Source of the DNA: Tubiluchus corallicola | Taxonomy: Eukaryota > Animalia > Priapulida | Length of the DNA stretch: 64,000 nt | Reading direction: 5' to 3' | Assembly: GCA_030141605.1 (NCBI GenBank) | Contig: JAQGDQ010000143.1 | Span: forward strand, 310,001 to 374,000 | Shown here: positions 13,393 to 28,409 of the stretch, piece by piece | How positions within the stretch are numbered: position 1 is the first letter of the stretch | How the letters are laid out: every line of letters begins with the position of its first letter | Program-made: the position numbers and the translations under genes | The notes under the pieces: generated by a model | Databases searched by the model: none | What the model was told of the DNA's origin: nothing | What the model saw: the letters and a program-made list of their open reading frames with translations, nothing else

Positions 13393-16300
13393 TTAAGTAG
13401 ATGACCCTGCAGTTGGAAACCTCTAAGAAAATATATGCGTCTCCATTGATAGAGAATGTCGCAAATAGCCACAAAACTACCAAGTCAAATCAACAAGAAC
13501 GTTGATTTATTTTTACTAAGACACTAATAGTCCCGTGTTGTACTGTACTTTACTGTCTAGTTCTGCTGCGCTGTCATAACATCACAAGTAGTTTTTTTTA
13601 AGTTCCGGCTAGCTAGTCTTATTTTCCAGGATGGACGTGTTTTTCGCTAGATAACCTATTACAACGTCAAATATAAGGACCAACAACGGCACTATTACAG
13701 CAACAGCACAAGAAAAAGAAAAAGAAAAGGAAGGAAAAGGAAAAAAGAATCAACAGCTGTAGAAAGATGTAGCAGCAACTGTCACGGCAGAGAAAGCAAA
13801 AATAAATTACGACTAAGCCTAATCACACCTTGCTCAAATTTACAGAATTCACATCTGATTACTGACTAAGACCTTTCCCAGAATTCTGTTCAAACATAGT
13901 TGAAACAGAAAAAGTTTCCTGGAAGCAGCACGCGGATTTTTAATTAATCGTTTAATGAAGTATAGCTATCACTGGTACTGATAAAACAGACATCTTACTG
14001 TAATTAATACGTCACATGGGGTGGCCTCTTGAAGCTAAGCAGACAATCGTTCTTTATATTAGAGATTTTGAGCATTTAGTGAGTGCGACTTAATATTAAA
14101 TTAGAAACCATGCTAAGACTGCTAGTCATACTAAGATATTGAGCCAAGGTATTGTAAAGTTAGCATTGCTTAGGCGTATTGTTAAATCAACGTATCGAAT
14201 GCAAAGAAAAGACTCCCCACGAAATGATTTCAACAATAAATAAAAACATTTTAAGTAAAAATACCCTTAGGAAAGCATTTGCGATAAGTACATAAAGTGA
14301 CGGATTATAACGGATTATAGATTTCATAATGTTTCTTCTTGCAATTGTTGTATTATTGCTTGATTATTGATTGTGACTGTTTCTTATGATGTGATTATTT
14401 GCACTGTCACGTTACATTTGTGGAACTTGTGCTTATGAATGCATCTATTGACAGGCGACTGTAATTGGGCCCACCAACTTATTGGGCAACGTAACCTGTA
14501 AAGCAAACTGTAACTGTAAAGAGGTGTTTTTCGCCATGATTTTGTTACCTATTGTTTATTTGTTTCCTGTTTCCTTGTCACCTGTTTCTGCTGCTCTGCA
14601 GTGTTGCCGTGAATCGGTTATTCTTGTTCTCATTTTGAAGAAATGCAAATAGAAAAGCTAAAACAAAAATGCAAAGTAGATTTATGTGCAATTTATATCA
14701 CCAATAGTGCGTAGATAATAATATATCAGGATATACAGAACGAACCCTCAGTAACGTGGTATATTTGCTATTGCTGAGACTGCAATAAATCATTGTTTTA
14801 AAATTGATCTTTAAATGTTACCCAAGGTCAAAATGATATGATATCGTATATGGAAAGCCTACATGCGTATATAATACCAAAATCAAGACGTCTGTCTCGT
14901 ACTATTTTATGTAACAGTGCTTTCAGAATGTTCGATTCCTCTCTTGTTTGACCCTGAATTAGCTGGAAGATGAAGTAAAACGTCACATACGATGGAACTA
15001 TGGAAAGTTCTACTATTGTTTCCTGTAAACACGCTTTTCAATCATTTATCTATTTTACAGCACTTTATTTCATTAAAAATGACCAATAGTGGGTCCATTT
15101 AGCAGTTCAAGGAAAGATCCTGAACCCACATTACTTGTGAAATTTCAATCATCCGTGTTGCATGGGTTTAAAAGCACAGACTCTTTGATGAAGGGTTGAA
15201 TTAAGTCTAGTAGAGTTACTGAATTGCCCCGATTGAGTTCAAAATATAACGAATAATAGACAGGCTCCATTCCTGGCTAATTTGTCACATTTCAGTCTTG
15301 CTGGTTGCACATCTTCCGCTGACACGCAGACACATCAGACGGAGAATTCTAAAATTGCCCTCTTTCTGTCACAACTATAAATAACTACGTGAATTGCTGG
15401 ATTTGCCAACTCTGGGGGAAAATACTATCATATGTAATGAGCTAGTGCATCTGAACGTAGCAAATCTACTAAACTACTGCGATGTTTATAAGTAAATACA
15501 TATTGTGCAAGTACCTACATTTGTTTAATATAGAAATGTTGCAACTATGGCAGGCTGGGCAGCGCTCCGAGATTGCCAACCGTTTATGTAGAAAGGCACC
15601 CTGATAGGAATCAAAAGTTTTTCCTTTTGATTTTTTAGGATGGTTAAAACAAAAAGAGAATGAAACAATGTACTGCCAGTTTTCTGTCTTCTAAATATAA
15701 GTCGTCTTGTGTGGAAAATCGTTCTGAGTTGTGCAATACATTTGACGTCAGAACTGGGTTCCAACTCTGCATTTGGACTCGTAAGGAAAAGCCGAAACGA
15801 TGATTTTGACAAATTCAAAATAAAAGTAAAAGACAGCTTTGTTTAGCTCGGTATAGAATCAATTCAGCCGAACACTTCTGCCGATAATGCTGCTTTTTAC
15901 TTTTGACTAAATCTTAGCCATCTCTAAATAACAATTGTCAGAAATAAATTGTTCGATTTGGTGTAGAAACAATTCTGCCACGTAATACAGCATTTTATTT
16001 TTACTGTTTTAATTTGTCAACATCGCTTTGGCTTTTTCCTATGGAAAACTCACTCATATGGAAAATTAAGCTAATACAAATTCGGATATAAAAGTTGCAC
16101 TTACAATCCCGCCATATTTTGGTGACTCAGAGCAGTGAATTAACTGAATATTATATTATATACATTAGGAGAGAAGCCAGTTTTTCAGGCCCGAAAAACT
16201 CTAAAATGGGCAACTGGATCCGTCCGTGTAAAAGAATTAACGTCAATTAACATTTAGTATCCTTTTTGTTTTTCAGGTTCGTATTTTCAGTTGATAATGG

Positions 16301-17745
16301 AGCATGTCCTTGAGCCGTACCCGCTATGCTTTGAAATGCTCAGCAGGGCAAAAATCGGGGGCAGAAAGAATCCCCTAAAATCCCCATTTTGTCCCAGAGT
16401 CAACTTTTATATGGTTGGTGCCTAATTCGACCTAATTTTTGGAATTTGTACCTGTATCAGATTATTATATACAGTACTGTTCCATGGCGTTCTGTGCCTT
16501 CATTTTTTTCACATAATAGCACCTAATGGGAAGGCAACAACATTTTGTCATCTGTTTCTTGTCTAAACTGGTCACTGGGTACTCTAGCGACTACAGTTAA
16601 CATTGGACCTGGTTAGCAAATACGTAGATGATTGTAAAAAAATCGCTTCTAGCTACTTACTTCTCAGATGACTATAACCTATATATTAGCTAGGTTCAGG
16701 TTTTGTCACAGCTGCATTTATCAACATGTAAAGTAGATTTGAAATATAATCTTGCAACAATTTGTAGTTTGACAAACTGTTTTATGCCTTTACAGTTAAA
16801 AATTACATGCAAGTGTTGTCATGAATAAAAAATTTTCACGTGAAATTTCATTTTCCATGTTTCTTCGTACTTTCACGTTTAGTTCTCTACCAGGACCAAG
16901 TCATGTAGTAACGCCAGAATCGCTCGATTACTTCGTAATTTCGAATAAAAATTGGGTGCTAGTCTTTGCTTTCTAACAAGATCTAATGCAACTTTTTTGC
17001 CCTTAATTACTTTATCCCGCTCTCACATCAGTTAGGGACTTATCCTGTTTCATTTATCAAGTACAGCTGTACAACGAGTCTTTGAAGCGTTAAGAAATGA
17101 GATTGGACGCCTTGAGAATGAATTGACACCATCTATTTCACGAGTAAAATATTTATAACAGCCACACTGCTATTTTCGTGTACATTATATGCTGAAATGA
17201 GAAACCGATACGAATTATTAAATTATTTCAATTTAATTCTAATAACATCATTATTTCAAAATGTGTTATTCCCTATTTCTGATTGATAAAGTAACATTTG
17301 TACTTAATTAGTTGTAGTTTTTAATCCGCAAGCAGCAGATTCTAAAAGAACCCATGCGCTGATTTTTCTTTATTTCATTTCATCATTATGTAAGGTACCG
17401 AGGCATAAGGTTAAATAACTCTTACACTACATAGTATCTTGAGTCACGGAACTTACAGGGTAGATTCTTCAGTATTAGGGTTTTGGGGGCCTGAATTAGA
17501 AGCCAAAATGCGAAAATTAGGGCAAACTTCTTAGTCATACATGAGTATATCTCACTGGGCCAGTAATAGTACTGATATGTACGATCAAGCTTGCTGATTT
17601 GGATTGAGAATTCATTCGGTCTTGTTGAAAAAGCAAACACGCTAGGACAAAAGAAAAAAACGTTGAAGAAATCTGAAATGACGATGGAAAACTTATTCGG
17701 TTTCTTTTTTAATTATGCGCAGTGCTTACTAAAATGCGTACAGTT

Positions 17746-18321
17746 CATTTACCTCTCATTCTGAGATTCGTGTAATAACAACGAATCGCCTTTTGCTTAT
17801 AGCAATCTAGTTGTTACATGCATTGAGTCTAAATAAATAAGCGTGTGCGTGCATACGTGTAAGGGTCTGTGTATATGGGATTTTTCTCAGAAATTAAACT
17901 CTTTAGACGCATGAATACATAAATAATATAAGTTTCTCATTTATCTCTCATTCTGAGATTCGTGTAATAACAACGAATCGCCTTTTGCTTATAGCAATCT
18001 AGTTGTTACATGCATTGAGTCTAAATAAATAAGCGTGTGCGTACATACGTGTAAGGGTCTGTGTATATGGGATTTTTCTCAGAAATTAAACTCTTTAGAC
18101 GCATGAATACATAAATAATATAAGTTTCTCATTTATCTCTCATTCTGAGATTCGTGTAATAACAACGAATCGCCTTTTGCTTATAGCAATCTAGTTGTTA
18201 CATGCATTGAGTCTAAATAAATAAGCGTGTGCGTGCATACGTGTAAGGGTCTGTGTATATAGGATTTTTCTCAGAAATTAAACTCTTTAGACGCATGAAT
18301 ACATAAATAATATAAGTTTCT
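17746..18321. repeat. Tandem repeat, 3 x 192 bp, nearly identical
   Basis: Units start cattta(c/t)ctctcattctgagattcg at 17746, 17938 and 18130; only about three substitutions seen among copies. Confidence 0.95.
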
Positions 18322-21300
18322 GAAACTTGCTTCACAAAATAATGACCGTTTCTAAAGCTAATCCATAAAATATTGATGTCTCCTGCAACCTCCTAATGCA
18401 CTTTGACTGCAAGGGCCTAATGAGCTTTTTTCACTTCGGTTATCAGTGAGAACTTCAATTAAGTTTCCATCACACAGAACTTGCCGTTCTCGCGGTTTTT
18501 TTTTTAATATAGATCCTTGTTGTGCTACCATTTATGAACTATAAGTGAGACCGATTAAGCCTAAACAAGGCTAAATAAATTCAGACCCAAATCCGCGAGC
18601 ATGACCGTGTTTATCACTTAATTATGACTATTTAAAACTGAAATTATTACTTTCTGACGTTCATATGCCTAATTATCGTGAGCAGATGATATCCGGTCTA
18701 CCTATTCGTGTGACTGAGCAGTTTGATAATTTCCAGTTTCACATTTTGGCTCTAGTCTCGAGGCCTTAAAGAATCCCAGCTTTTTCAGACAAAACTAACG
18801 TCTGAACTTGTATCCCAGGACTGGGGCTAATCCTGTAAATTTTGCGATCCTCTCTGCCACGCTCACACGTTTGCAAGTTAACATGAATTAAACGTGGTTG
18901 TTTAAAGGAAAACCATACCTCGAACAACATTCATTGGTTATGGTGTCAAGCGTGCCAATTGTCGAAACCCTGACGCCTAACAATAATGATGACGATGGGG
19001 GAAGGAGGGAAAATCTGCGCATACGATTTCTTTTAGATAAGCACAGTTCACAGACAAAAATACCAAGTTCCTCATTATTGTAACCATACAAACCAATCAC
19101 AAGGCTGCGGTGCATCGCAAGAATATTAATGGTGGCTTCTTTGTATGCTTAGAGAGCCGATTACTTTCATGTTTTTTATTACGTGCGCAACCTTTATTCA
19201 CGAGCCATTAGGTTTTATTGTGTCAACATCCCATTAAAAGGTCTATTATGCTGAAAATCGACACCTGTGAAGATAAAAAGCCTCAGAAACTAGAGGTGGT
19301 TTTTAAGAAATTGTATGTCTTGAAAGATTTACTATAGTGAAGATAAATTACGTTTTATCGCAATTTCTGTTATCTTTTCGTGTGAGCTTTTCGTGTACTT
19401 TTTGTACAAGTGTAACCTTTTGCGTGACTGATAAATCATTTTCTTCAGCTTTGCGCTCTGTGAAAACGCTTCATTGATGGATTCTAATAAATAGAGCAAT
19501 TGTCGTACAGCTATCTCTGCATTCATAAATTATTTCTAGCTTTTGTTTAGTTACTAAATTAATTATTATTGTATTCATTGTTCAATCAACCAGTAAACCG
19601 CAAAATTTTGATGCTGCAATCAGGAACTACAAAAAAGTACACACTACAAGGTTTATAGTATACAAACGTTGATTATCGTTTGCTATCTTATATGCTTTAT
19701 GACAGCCAGTCTTTTCAGATAGTTGTTATAAAAATATTTAATATACCTAATTTACGTCCAAACAGTTGATACAATGTAGTAATTCATAATAACTTTCTTT
19801 TTTAATCTTTGCGTGGTCGCTCCAAATTATAAGTTATGTCTTTTTAAATATAGGTATTGAGTAATAATAGTTGGTTGCATTTTTGCTAGTTTATGATCTA
19901 AATGCTGACACCTGTCTTTTCTACTTGCACTTTATTTATAGTTTATTTTGCTGTATAATAATTTCTGCTAGCAATGGTCAAAAATACTATCAAATGAACA
20001 TTAAAATTTTGTCTAAAAATAGGACATTAGGTGTGCTGTTTAGTGTTTATCTATCACACGTACTTAAATCATTGGTATTAATACACTATCGTTTTTCAGC
20101 AAATACTTATTAAAATTGCTTAATCAGTTTCATTTAGTAAACTGATGAAAAATTATGATCCTTCTGAAATTGTGAAAGTTTGCAAACATTGATTAAAAGG
20201 CGTTTCATGAAACTGACTCGTCAACCGTCGCAAAGAATTTTTGCAAAACTGGCAAGTTGTTAAATTATTTTATTGCCCATATAATTTTATAACGCTCAAG
20301 ACTGATTTCCATAACAACAATAAATAGATTTATCAGTTTGGTAATATTTTCCTCTTTTAGTGAATCTAATTTGTGAACGTTAGGTTATTGAAAACGCCTG
20401 AATAATGCATAGTAGATATCTTATTTGGATCACTGCAGCCATTTTTACTGATAAAAGTGAAAGCAAAGGAATAATTAGCGAGATATTTAGGATTATAGGA
20501 ATGGAGTTCAGATGAAGATGGTTATTTGTAAGGACGTGAAACTGCTAATAAGAAGAGCACCACCATAGCATTATCAGGATCTAACGAAGGGAACAATTAA
20601 CATTTGGGTCGTCTATAAAATTTACTGGCTAAATCATGTTGCAAGCAATTTCAGTTTTATGCATATCCGAATCAAGGTAACTAGAAACGCGCCTGCTTTG
20701 TCATGTTGCAACATCGTTAGTTCTTCTATATAAGCGTAATTAGCCTGAAGTAAAGAAATGAAAATTCTACTTTCTAGAAGCTCTTTTAAAAAGGGATCAG
20801 GTAACTTAATGCTTTTGTTCAAACAGAGTAACTTAATTCTCGGGTCATCTTCTGCAAGGTATGGAGTAATGATAATTTGATGCCTCAATTGTAACTTGAT
20901 TCGCATCTTGGGGAGCTTATCATTGGCATACACAGTTGGAACAAAGGGCTAGTGAGTATAATTAGAATAGTTCTTCTTTTCGAAATAACTATTAGTCAGA
21001 CCAGACTGTTTCTCTGTCCTGAAATTAAAAACACGGTGCTAAGAGGGCGAGCTTGTAACAAATACACTGCAATTTATTACATAAAAAACAATAAGCCATG
21101 AAAAGGGACAAAATGTCAAGAGGTTTGGTCAGAATAAGCGAGAAGCTGCACCAAGGAAGGACTCCAAAAAGAGGTTGAAGTTTGATTTGTTTGCACTGCA
21201 GTTGTACCAACGTTTTATAGCACGCGCTAGCGCTGCACGCTAAAGCTTGAATTCCAATGTAAGATAGCCTTTTTTTCTGGGTGATCGCCTCTGGGAAAAC

Positions 21301-22681
21301 GGCCTAGAATGTTGACAAGATTGGCTTCCGTCACACGAACAGGGTTATTTTGATGCAAAACGGTTCACGGCTGAGAACTGTGCCATTCAAGGCGCGTCAA
21401 AAAGGGGATTCTCAAACTATAGATTTTCGATGCATACTGGGTTAAAATTTTCCTTGCCTGATTGTCAAACAAGGAAAATTACAGTGTAATTTCTCGATAA
21501 AACAGCATGTTTTGTTTTTCATACAATCCAGTCGTCACTTTAAAAAGTCCAAATATAAAGTAAATGCGGTGTCTTGTTGAAAGAATAAATTGTTGCGAAA
21601 CTTTAATATATCCAAATTTCTGCATAAAATTTCTTCTTTATAGGACTGAGCGGCTAGTTGAAATCTTAAAAACAGTTTTATATTTAATAACGCCGGGCAG
21701 TTTTGTATCTACCGTGGAGTGCAAATACAAGTGTCAATTTTTTGATCCAAAATGACGCAGAAACATGAATCATAACAGAAACTTGGATTTGAGTCTGCAG
21801 CTTCAGAATCTAGATTGTGAGTTTATTTTGTTATTAATAATTTCAAAATTATTTAGTCTAAACCAGTCCTGACAAAAGGATATTATTCATTTTCGTCGCC
21901 CTTATTCTATAAACGACTTCGTAAATGAAGCAATTATTATTTCTATTGAAATTGTTAAGTAATTCCGCCTCTTTCAAAATTTCTGATTCAGGATTATAAA
22001 GCGGGCTAAACTTACTCAGCGGTATCATAGATCCACCGCTACTGCTGACGTAAACCACGGCGCTAGTATTAAACAGGTCTGCGAGTCTGAAGCCAAAATT
22101 TCTCCGTTACATTCGTAAACATATCGCATTTCTTTTAGTAGTTTCAAATGCAAAATATCTTAATGAGCTGTGTCACAGAAAGCCACATGGCCACTACTTC
22201 GTCCCAATTAAAGAGCAGACGTCATATTACTCGAATTTTTCGTCACAAGAGGTCACCACCCGTGATTGTTTACATTCTGCGGTATTTGTAAACATGAAAG
22301 TGGAAAAATTTCAAAACTTGATCCAAAGAAAAACTGAAAATGTACCATAACAACAGCGAAACGAAACCTGGTGTGATTTGAAGATCAATATTTACTTGCG
22401 AAATAAATTTAGAGGCCAAAATTTAGTTGCAGGAATGAGAGCTTCTGGTTCCTGCCCAGTTTATTAATGCCGAGACGATTTTCTCAAAATGGTTTATTCA
22501 GACTGTTTTTCTGCATTAAGTCAACTCAGGTATCAATTGTTTTCCTGGCTTTCTAGTTACATGAGCTTTATTTTAAGTCCGCGAACTTATTCAAACTATA
22601 TATGCATAGCTGTGTATACGTACGCAGAATTGCAAGGTTAATGCAAATCTTATAGTAGGAACAGGAAGTGGCAGTCAGAAT

Positions 22682-23301
22682 CAAGGCTGTCAGTACAGTA
22701 CAATACGAAAAAAACAACAAAACAACATACTTCCCACCTTTAAAAACACCGTGCCGTAATTCCGTACCGTATCTACAAAATCGAATCGTACCGTACCGTA
22801 TCTATAAAATATCGTAACGTAATTCTGTACCAAATTTCGCACCAAGTGTATGTAGGATCTACTATGAAAAGCTAAGAAGTGGTATAAAAGTTAAATACAA
22901 ACACGATGTTTATTGTTGTGAAATTATGCATACAGTATAAAAGCAGAACTGTTGTTTGAACTTCCACACTATTTACATGTATTTTAGTTATAAAAATTAC
23001 ACGAAATTATGCACGAGATATTATTTTGAGTTACTTTTTCTTAATAAATAATTTTGTAGCAGACACGACGGGTTACGTTCATGAACTAGTTTTTAATGGT
23101 TACCTTAAATGACATGCTTACTTTTTGACAAATTTTTAATGATGATCCTCATTTAGCGTTTTGCCTAAAACATTTGTAACTATAGCAGTTAGAGTAGCAG
23201 TGTTACATGAATAGGTGCCAAACGTGGTTAGGAGAGAACGATAAGTCCACACCCAAGAGACAAAACAAGTCGTACCGTACCGTACCGTGCTGCCAGCCTT
23301 G
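22682..23301. mobile_element. Non-autonomous hAT-like DNA transposon (MITE)
   Basis: Left end caaggctgtcagtacagtac matches the reverse complement of the right end gtaccgtgctgccagccttg. Subterminal (CCGTA)n repeats near both ends. 8-bp flanks gtcagaat / gtgtgaat (6/8) are consistent with a decayed hAT target-site duplication. Confidence 0.7.
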
Positions 23302-23399
23302 GTGTGAATAGGTGGCAAGTTATTGGGTGTGACCGAGGTAAGAAGGGATCAAGCAAGGGTGTGTGATGTCACAGAGATGATTCAGTTTCTACACAGAGA

Positions 23400-24150
23400 T
23401 GGGAAAGCTAGTGGGAAAAGAGAGAATAACATCAGATATGCTTACGATACAACGTTGTTCGCAGAAAGCGAAGCGGAATTATAGGCTAGAATCGACTTAA
23501 AATTGCTGATGTTGGTTGCGACCTGGGCCTAAATGCAGGGAAAGGCAAAACTGCGTAAAATCTGCACAGAACTGGGATCACTAGGAAAGCAAAGTGAGAA
23601 GGGAAATGTAACTGGTAAATGCTAAATCGTAAAATTAAATGTAAATGGAAATTAAATGTTGAACAGCAGAACTTTTGCTATCTAGAAAGTGAGATATACG
23701 AAGGATAGCAGATGTGAGAAATAAATAAAATGCAGAACAGAAATGGAAGGATTCAGTTTACGATATTAATTAAGAAAGTTTCTGTTCGAGTCCAAAGAGC
23801 AATATAAATCCCGGGAAAAGACTAATAATGAGTTGAGTGGTCAGTTTTGCTATAAAGGATGGAGACTCGGACACTGACCGCCGACACTAGTAAGCGACTG
23901 GAAGCCTCTGAAATGTGATGTTATAGACGAATGCTGAATGTAAGATGAACAAGAAAAATCACGAATGAGTAAGTTTTAAAAATGGCAAAAGAAAAAAGGA
24001 AGCAGATAAATATCAGGGGAAAGTTGAATGCAGTGTATGGTGCTAATACAGAGATTGCTGGAAGGAGAATTTAAGGAAAAAGAGTTAGGTGAAGACAGAA
24101 TCAGCAACAGAAGTAAGATTAAGAAAATAATACCATCATCAGTAACAGTA
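23400..24150 (+). mobile_element. Degenerate 5'-truncated RTE-clade (BovB-like) LINE reverse transcriptase fragment
   Basis: Manual translation across frameshifts gives NNIRYAYDTTLFAESEAEL (YADD motif region), NFCYL(E)SE, KDSRCEK*IKCR, KRLEASEM*CYRRMLNVR*TRKITNE and LLEG, all typical of RTE RT and C-terminal segments. Confidence 0.85.
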
Positions 24151-24984
24151 AAAACAAAGAATGGCATCACACGATCTAATCCTGGACGCGCGGGCACAGA
24201 ACACTTACTGACTCACGGAAGGTCAATTATAATCAGTATGATGCCGGAGACTCAACCTGTAACGTGTTAACTGATTCCACTATATTATGTAACTTACTGC
24301 AAATCATGAAAACTACATTGTCTATATAGAATAAACTTGCCTCCTGCTGGTAACTGCTGTTGCTGCTGCTGCTGCTGCTTCTGCTACTGAGGTTGATTGC
24401 AGTATCTTCTGATTATGATAATTATAATAGCGAGTTAATAGATGGAAAAGCGTCAGCATACCATAAACAAAGAAATACTAGTAAACCCAGTTGTGCTCGC
24501 CGTTTTGCTTCTAAAACCTTCAAACATTTTTCCGTGTGAACTGGCAAGCTGCACAAACCAATAAATAACATAAATTTGAACAGAAATGTAAAGTTGTCGA
24601 AAGTTTAATAATGCTGTAATGGCGTTTTTTGTTATTTTTTTAGGACATTGGGATTCAGTTTTTGTCTCGTCTATCTACGTTTTGGCTTCGTTATATTGAG
24701 CTGAGTGCTGCGTGGTGTAATTTTTGCTTTACAGTTTAATGATAAAGCTACTGACTGGACAGGAAAGCTTTGCTGCTTGTCATTAGCAGAGTTAACTTGA
24801 GTACGTTGTTTCTTCTGGAGTCGTACCTATGCTATCAAATGAGTATTGTTGGCTGAACCTTGGGAACATACTTATCACGGGTATGCCAAAAAAGCTAACC
24901 CTAAATGAAATATTTCTACATATATTTTCTTATTATTTACTTACCTTCTGTTTATTTAATGTGAAAATTCCTTGAATGGAGTTC

Positions 24985-25085
24985 GATGATGATGACGACG
25001 ACAGCGAAACGATGATAGTGATGATAGTAATGTTGATGATGGTGATGATAATGAAGATCATGATGACGGCAACTATGACAGTTGC
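24985..25085. repeat. Degenerate (GAT)n trinucleotide repeat
   Basis: gatgatgat... explains the poly-His ORF. Confidence 0.8.
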
Positions 25086-27139
25086 AACAATGGCAATAAC
25101 AATGTTTTATGAAGATCGCCGTTAGCAAGGCCAGTGATGAGGACATTTGTTAGAAGTTATAAGAATACGAACACAGATCAAGAAAATTAGAATTCTTATT
25201 ACTAATTCTTTACAAGCACCAGAGATTACAATGAGTAAGGATTAGGGAAACAATTTTCCCATAAGAAGTTAAACGAGGAGGACGCTCAAAAGGAGAGCAA
25301 AATTCAAAGCAGTCATTCTGCATCTATAGAAACAGAGACGAAAAGGGCTTAAAGTCGCAACAGGCTCTTGAAGAGCAAAAGATATCAGGGTAAGCCTCAA
25401 ATCATGTCCGACTAGATTTCATAATCCCTCACGTGAACTAATAGAACAAGATGGCGCAGATGTGACTCCAAGATTCGATGGAAAGTCGTTTGTTTTTTTC
25501 TTAATATTAATATGCTACCATTAGACTTCTATTGGAAACTTATATCAACTAATATCGAAACACAACATGTCAATAAACAAATATAGGAGGGGTTAAAAAG
25601 AGATGAAACAATAATCTAATAAACATTGCAATGGTGAGGCATACAAACTCTTCGTCGCTGCATTAAAAGTATCAAATCTAGCTTAGGTCCGCTTCAAAAT
25701 CACGTGAGACAGTTTTACGCCAAGAGTTGTCCATTGGGGTATACACTAGTGCACAGTGTAGCAGCATTAATATAGACAGCAAGCTTAGGGAATACAAAGT
25801 TGATGAATAATAGAAACAGAGTAAGCACCGTTACAGAATTTTTAAGGAGCAGTGGAGACCGGGCACAGGCTTTGATTTCAAATACAGAAGAAGACACGAT
25901 GCAACTTGCGATTGTTTAGATACGATGATATAATAGACAGAGAATTGTCACCTATGCCATTTAGTTAAAGTTTCTAGAAAAGACCTTTGGGCTAGAATTT
26001 ATTGAAAGCCTAGATATGTCAAGAGTTATTAACCTTCCACCGTCTATGTATTCTGCAGCTCTATTAATATGCTCGGTAATTATCCAAAACACATCAGCAG
26101 TGGACCGAGAAGTTGAGAATCAGCGAGAAAGCCATTATTGACCAAGAAACGCAGCAGAAAATCTTGTAGTGTGTATTGCATCAAATGTCTTATTGATGAT
26201 TCGCATCATACTAATGTTGCGGAATTTCAATTAGTCTTTTTCATAGCATTTTTCACGGTTGCCTTTATATGCACGTGTAGGTTAAGTTAATTTCCACAAA
26301 AGTAGAAAACATGAGTTAGTTATGCGAAAGTTGATTAGCCTTGCGAAAATAAAAAACAATTCAGGCTTGTTGAAATAGGATATTGCAAAACACTTTTCTT
26401 AGATCCAAAAAGTAAGTACTCGAAAGGATCTACCTCCCACGGCTATACCTCTTTTCTTGCAAATATTCTATCCGATCTTGCATGGAGTACTGTAGCCTCA
26501 TTTGAGCTGGTGGTAAACTTGTTATCTTAGCTCACTTGACCAAGTTGCAATATCAAGTCTAGTTGGGTGTGATTTGGGGGTCAATCTTCTGTAATCCCAT
26601 AGTCAACGACGGTCACCAGTTGTTATAAGTTGTACATTTAAGCTTCTATTATTGATAAATTAATAGAAGATACTCTCAGAAATTCTTGCCACTGGTTTCC
26701 AAACGTCGACAATTTATTCAGAACACTTGCTTCGACGCTCCTTCTCATATTTTACCCTAAACATTTCTTGATGCATAACAGAAGCTTATAAATTTAGTTT
26801 TTATTCTTACTGGCCTTTGTCTGCGAAATTCTTTCCAAAAGAAAGTTATTACCCAGTTAACTACAATGTCACTTAATAATTGTTTATTAGTAGAATTTCG
26901 CTACAATGTTGTACAAGCATTTCAGTTCTCTAGATTAAATAAGAACTTCAGGTCCGTTGACCAGACAAATTTGATGTGATTCAGGACTGTTTTAGAAATG
27001 AGCCGGAAATCTCTCTAGCTTAAACGTTGATGAAAATTTAACTGGAAAATGATTCCGCCGATTTTAACTCAGCAGTCTCCAGAATCTTTTACAATATTCT
27101 GTTTTTAAGACTGTAAAATAAGCATGTAATGTAAGTAAG

Positions 27140-27270
27140 ACGACTGAAGATGATGACGATGATGATGATGATAATGATGATGGTGATGATGATGATGATG
27201 ATGATAATGATGACGACAATAATAGCAGTGATAGAGATAGTGATGAGGACCCGAACAATGACGATGAAGT
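27140..27270. repeat. (GAT)n trinucleotide repeat
   Basis: gatgatgacgatgatgatgat...; explains the poly-Ser and poly-His ORFs. Confidence 0.85.
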
Positions 27271-28409
27271 AAGTTGCAGCAAAGGCAGTGAAGACAAAAA
27301 AACATTTATTGACTACGTTACCAGTTTATGTTAATGGTGATGTTGTTGATGATGATAACAATAATGCGGAAGGAAACAGCGTAACGTGATGAAAGCTGCT
27401 GGCGAAAATGTCAACTCTTATTTCTTGGAATTTCGAATGGCGATATTATACACTTCACGATAACTGCCATCTAAATATAGCTATATTGATCACAGTGCAC
27501 CTGTACACCTCGCATTCTCTCGACTTTACAAAACCGCTGTGTCATTAAATGGTAATCTTATCTAAATCTAATAGGCTCATCAATATTTAGGGAGCTTAGT
27601 AGATTGATTTGTGGCACGTCATAATATGGGTGCAGTGATCTGCGGGCACGCAATGCTGTACACCTGGATACTTACTGTACGTAGTCCTAGAGCTAATGTT
27701 GAAAAGCAATTTTTACTTTCTTAAACAATTGAAACAAAGGTAATTGCAAAAAAAAATGATCATTATAGGCGAGTTTTTTTTTACTAAACAAAACGTTATT
27801 ATAGTTATAAAATTAACGGTGTGTTAAGGTTAATTATGAAACAAAAAGCTCATTATGTAGCAAAGCAGCATTGCGTAATGAATCGCAAAATTCATCATTA
27901 TGTAACAATTTTGCGTTATTATTTAACAAACATTATGAATAGAATAACCGTCTATAGCTGGGTTTTGTCATGGTCTAATTGTTCGAATGTGTCAGTTTTT
28001 TCTGTCTAGTCGGTCTGTTCTTGCCTAAGTTGTTGAAGTCAGATCCGCCTTTTACTGCATGGGCAAGCAGTCGCCTTTACCATGAAGAAAGTCTGCTTTC
28101 AACAAGATTGGAGATTTTGCATTTGAATTTACAGCGGCTATAAAATTCATAGCTTTCAGGGTGGCATTTTCCTTAATGTCTAAAAAATTTATACCATAAA
28201 TATTAGCAATTTAAAGTGGTGCCCTTAGTCAAGATATGCCAATGACGTCGCTTTTCTAAGCATACAGCAAATGCATTTTTAATCAAACAATTTTTTAAAC
28301 TTCTAAGATTTTTTTTATAAAATTTGTATAAATACTTTTATCTATTGTCTTTAGCAACTCTACTGCACAGTTTATTTTACAATCAATTATCACAGCTTAG
28401 GTTGCTCAG

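Noticed and set aside
17746-18321. Retrozyme/hammerhead or CRISPR-like array
   Set aside because: No hammerhead core on either strand, no unique spacers, eukaryotic context.
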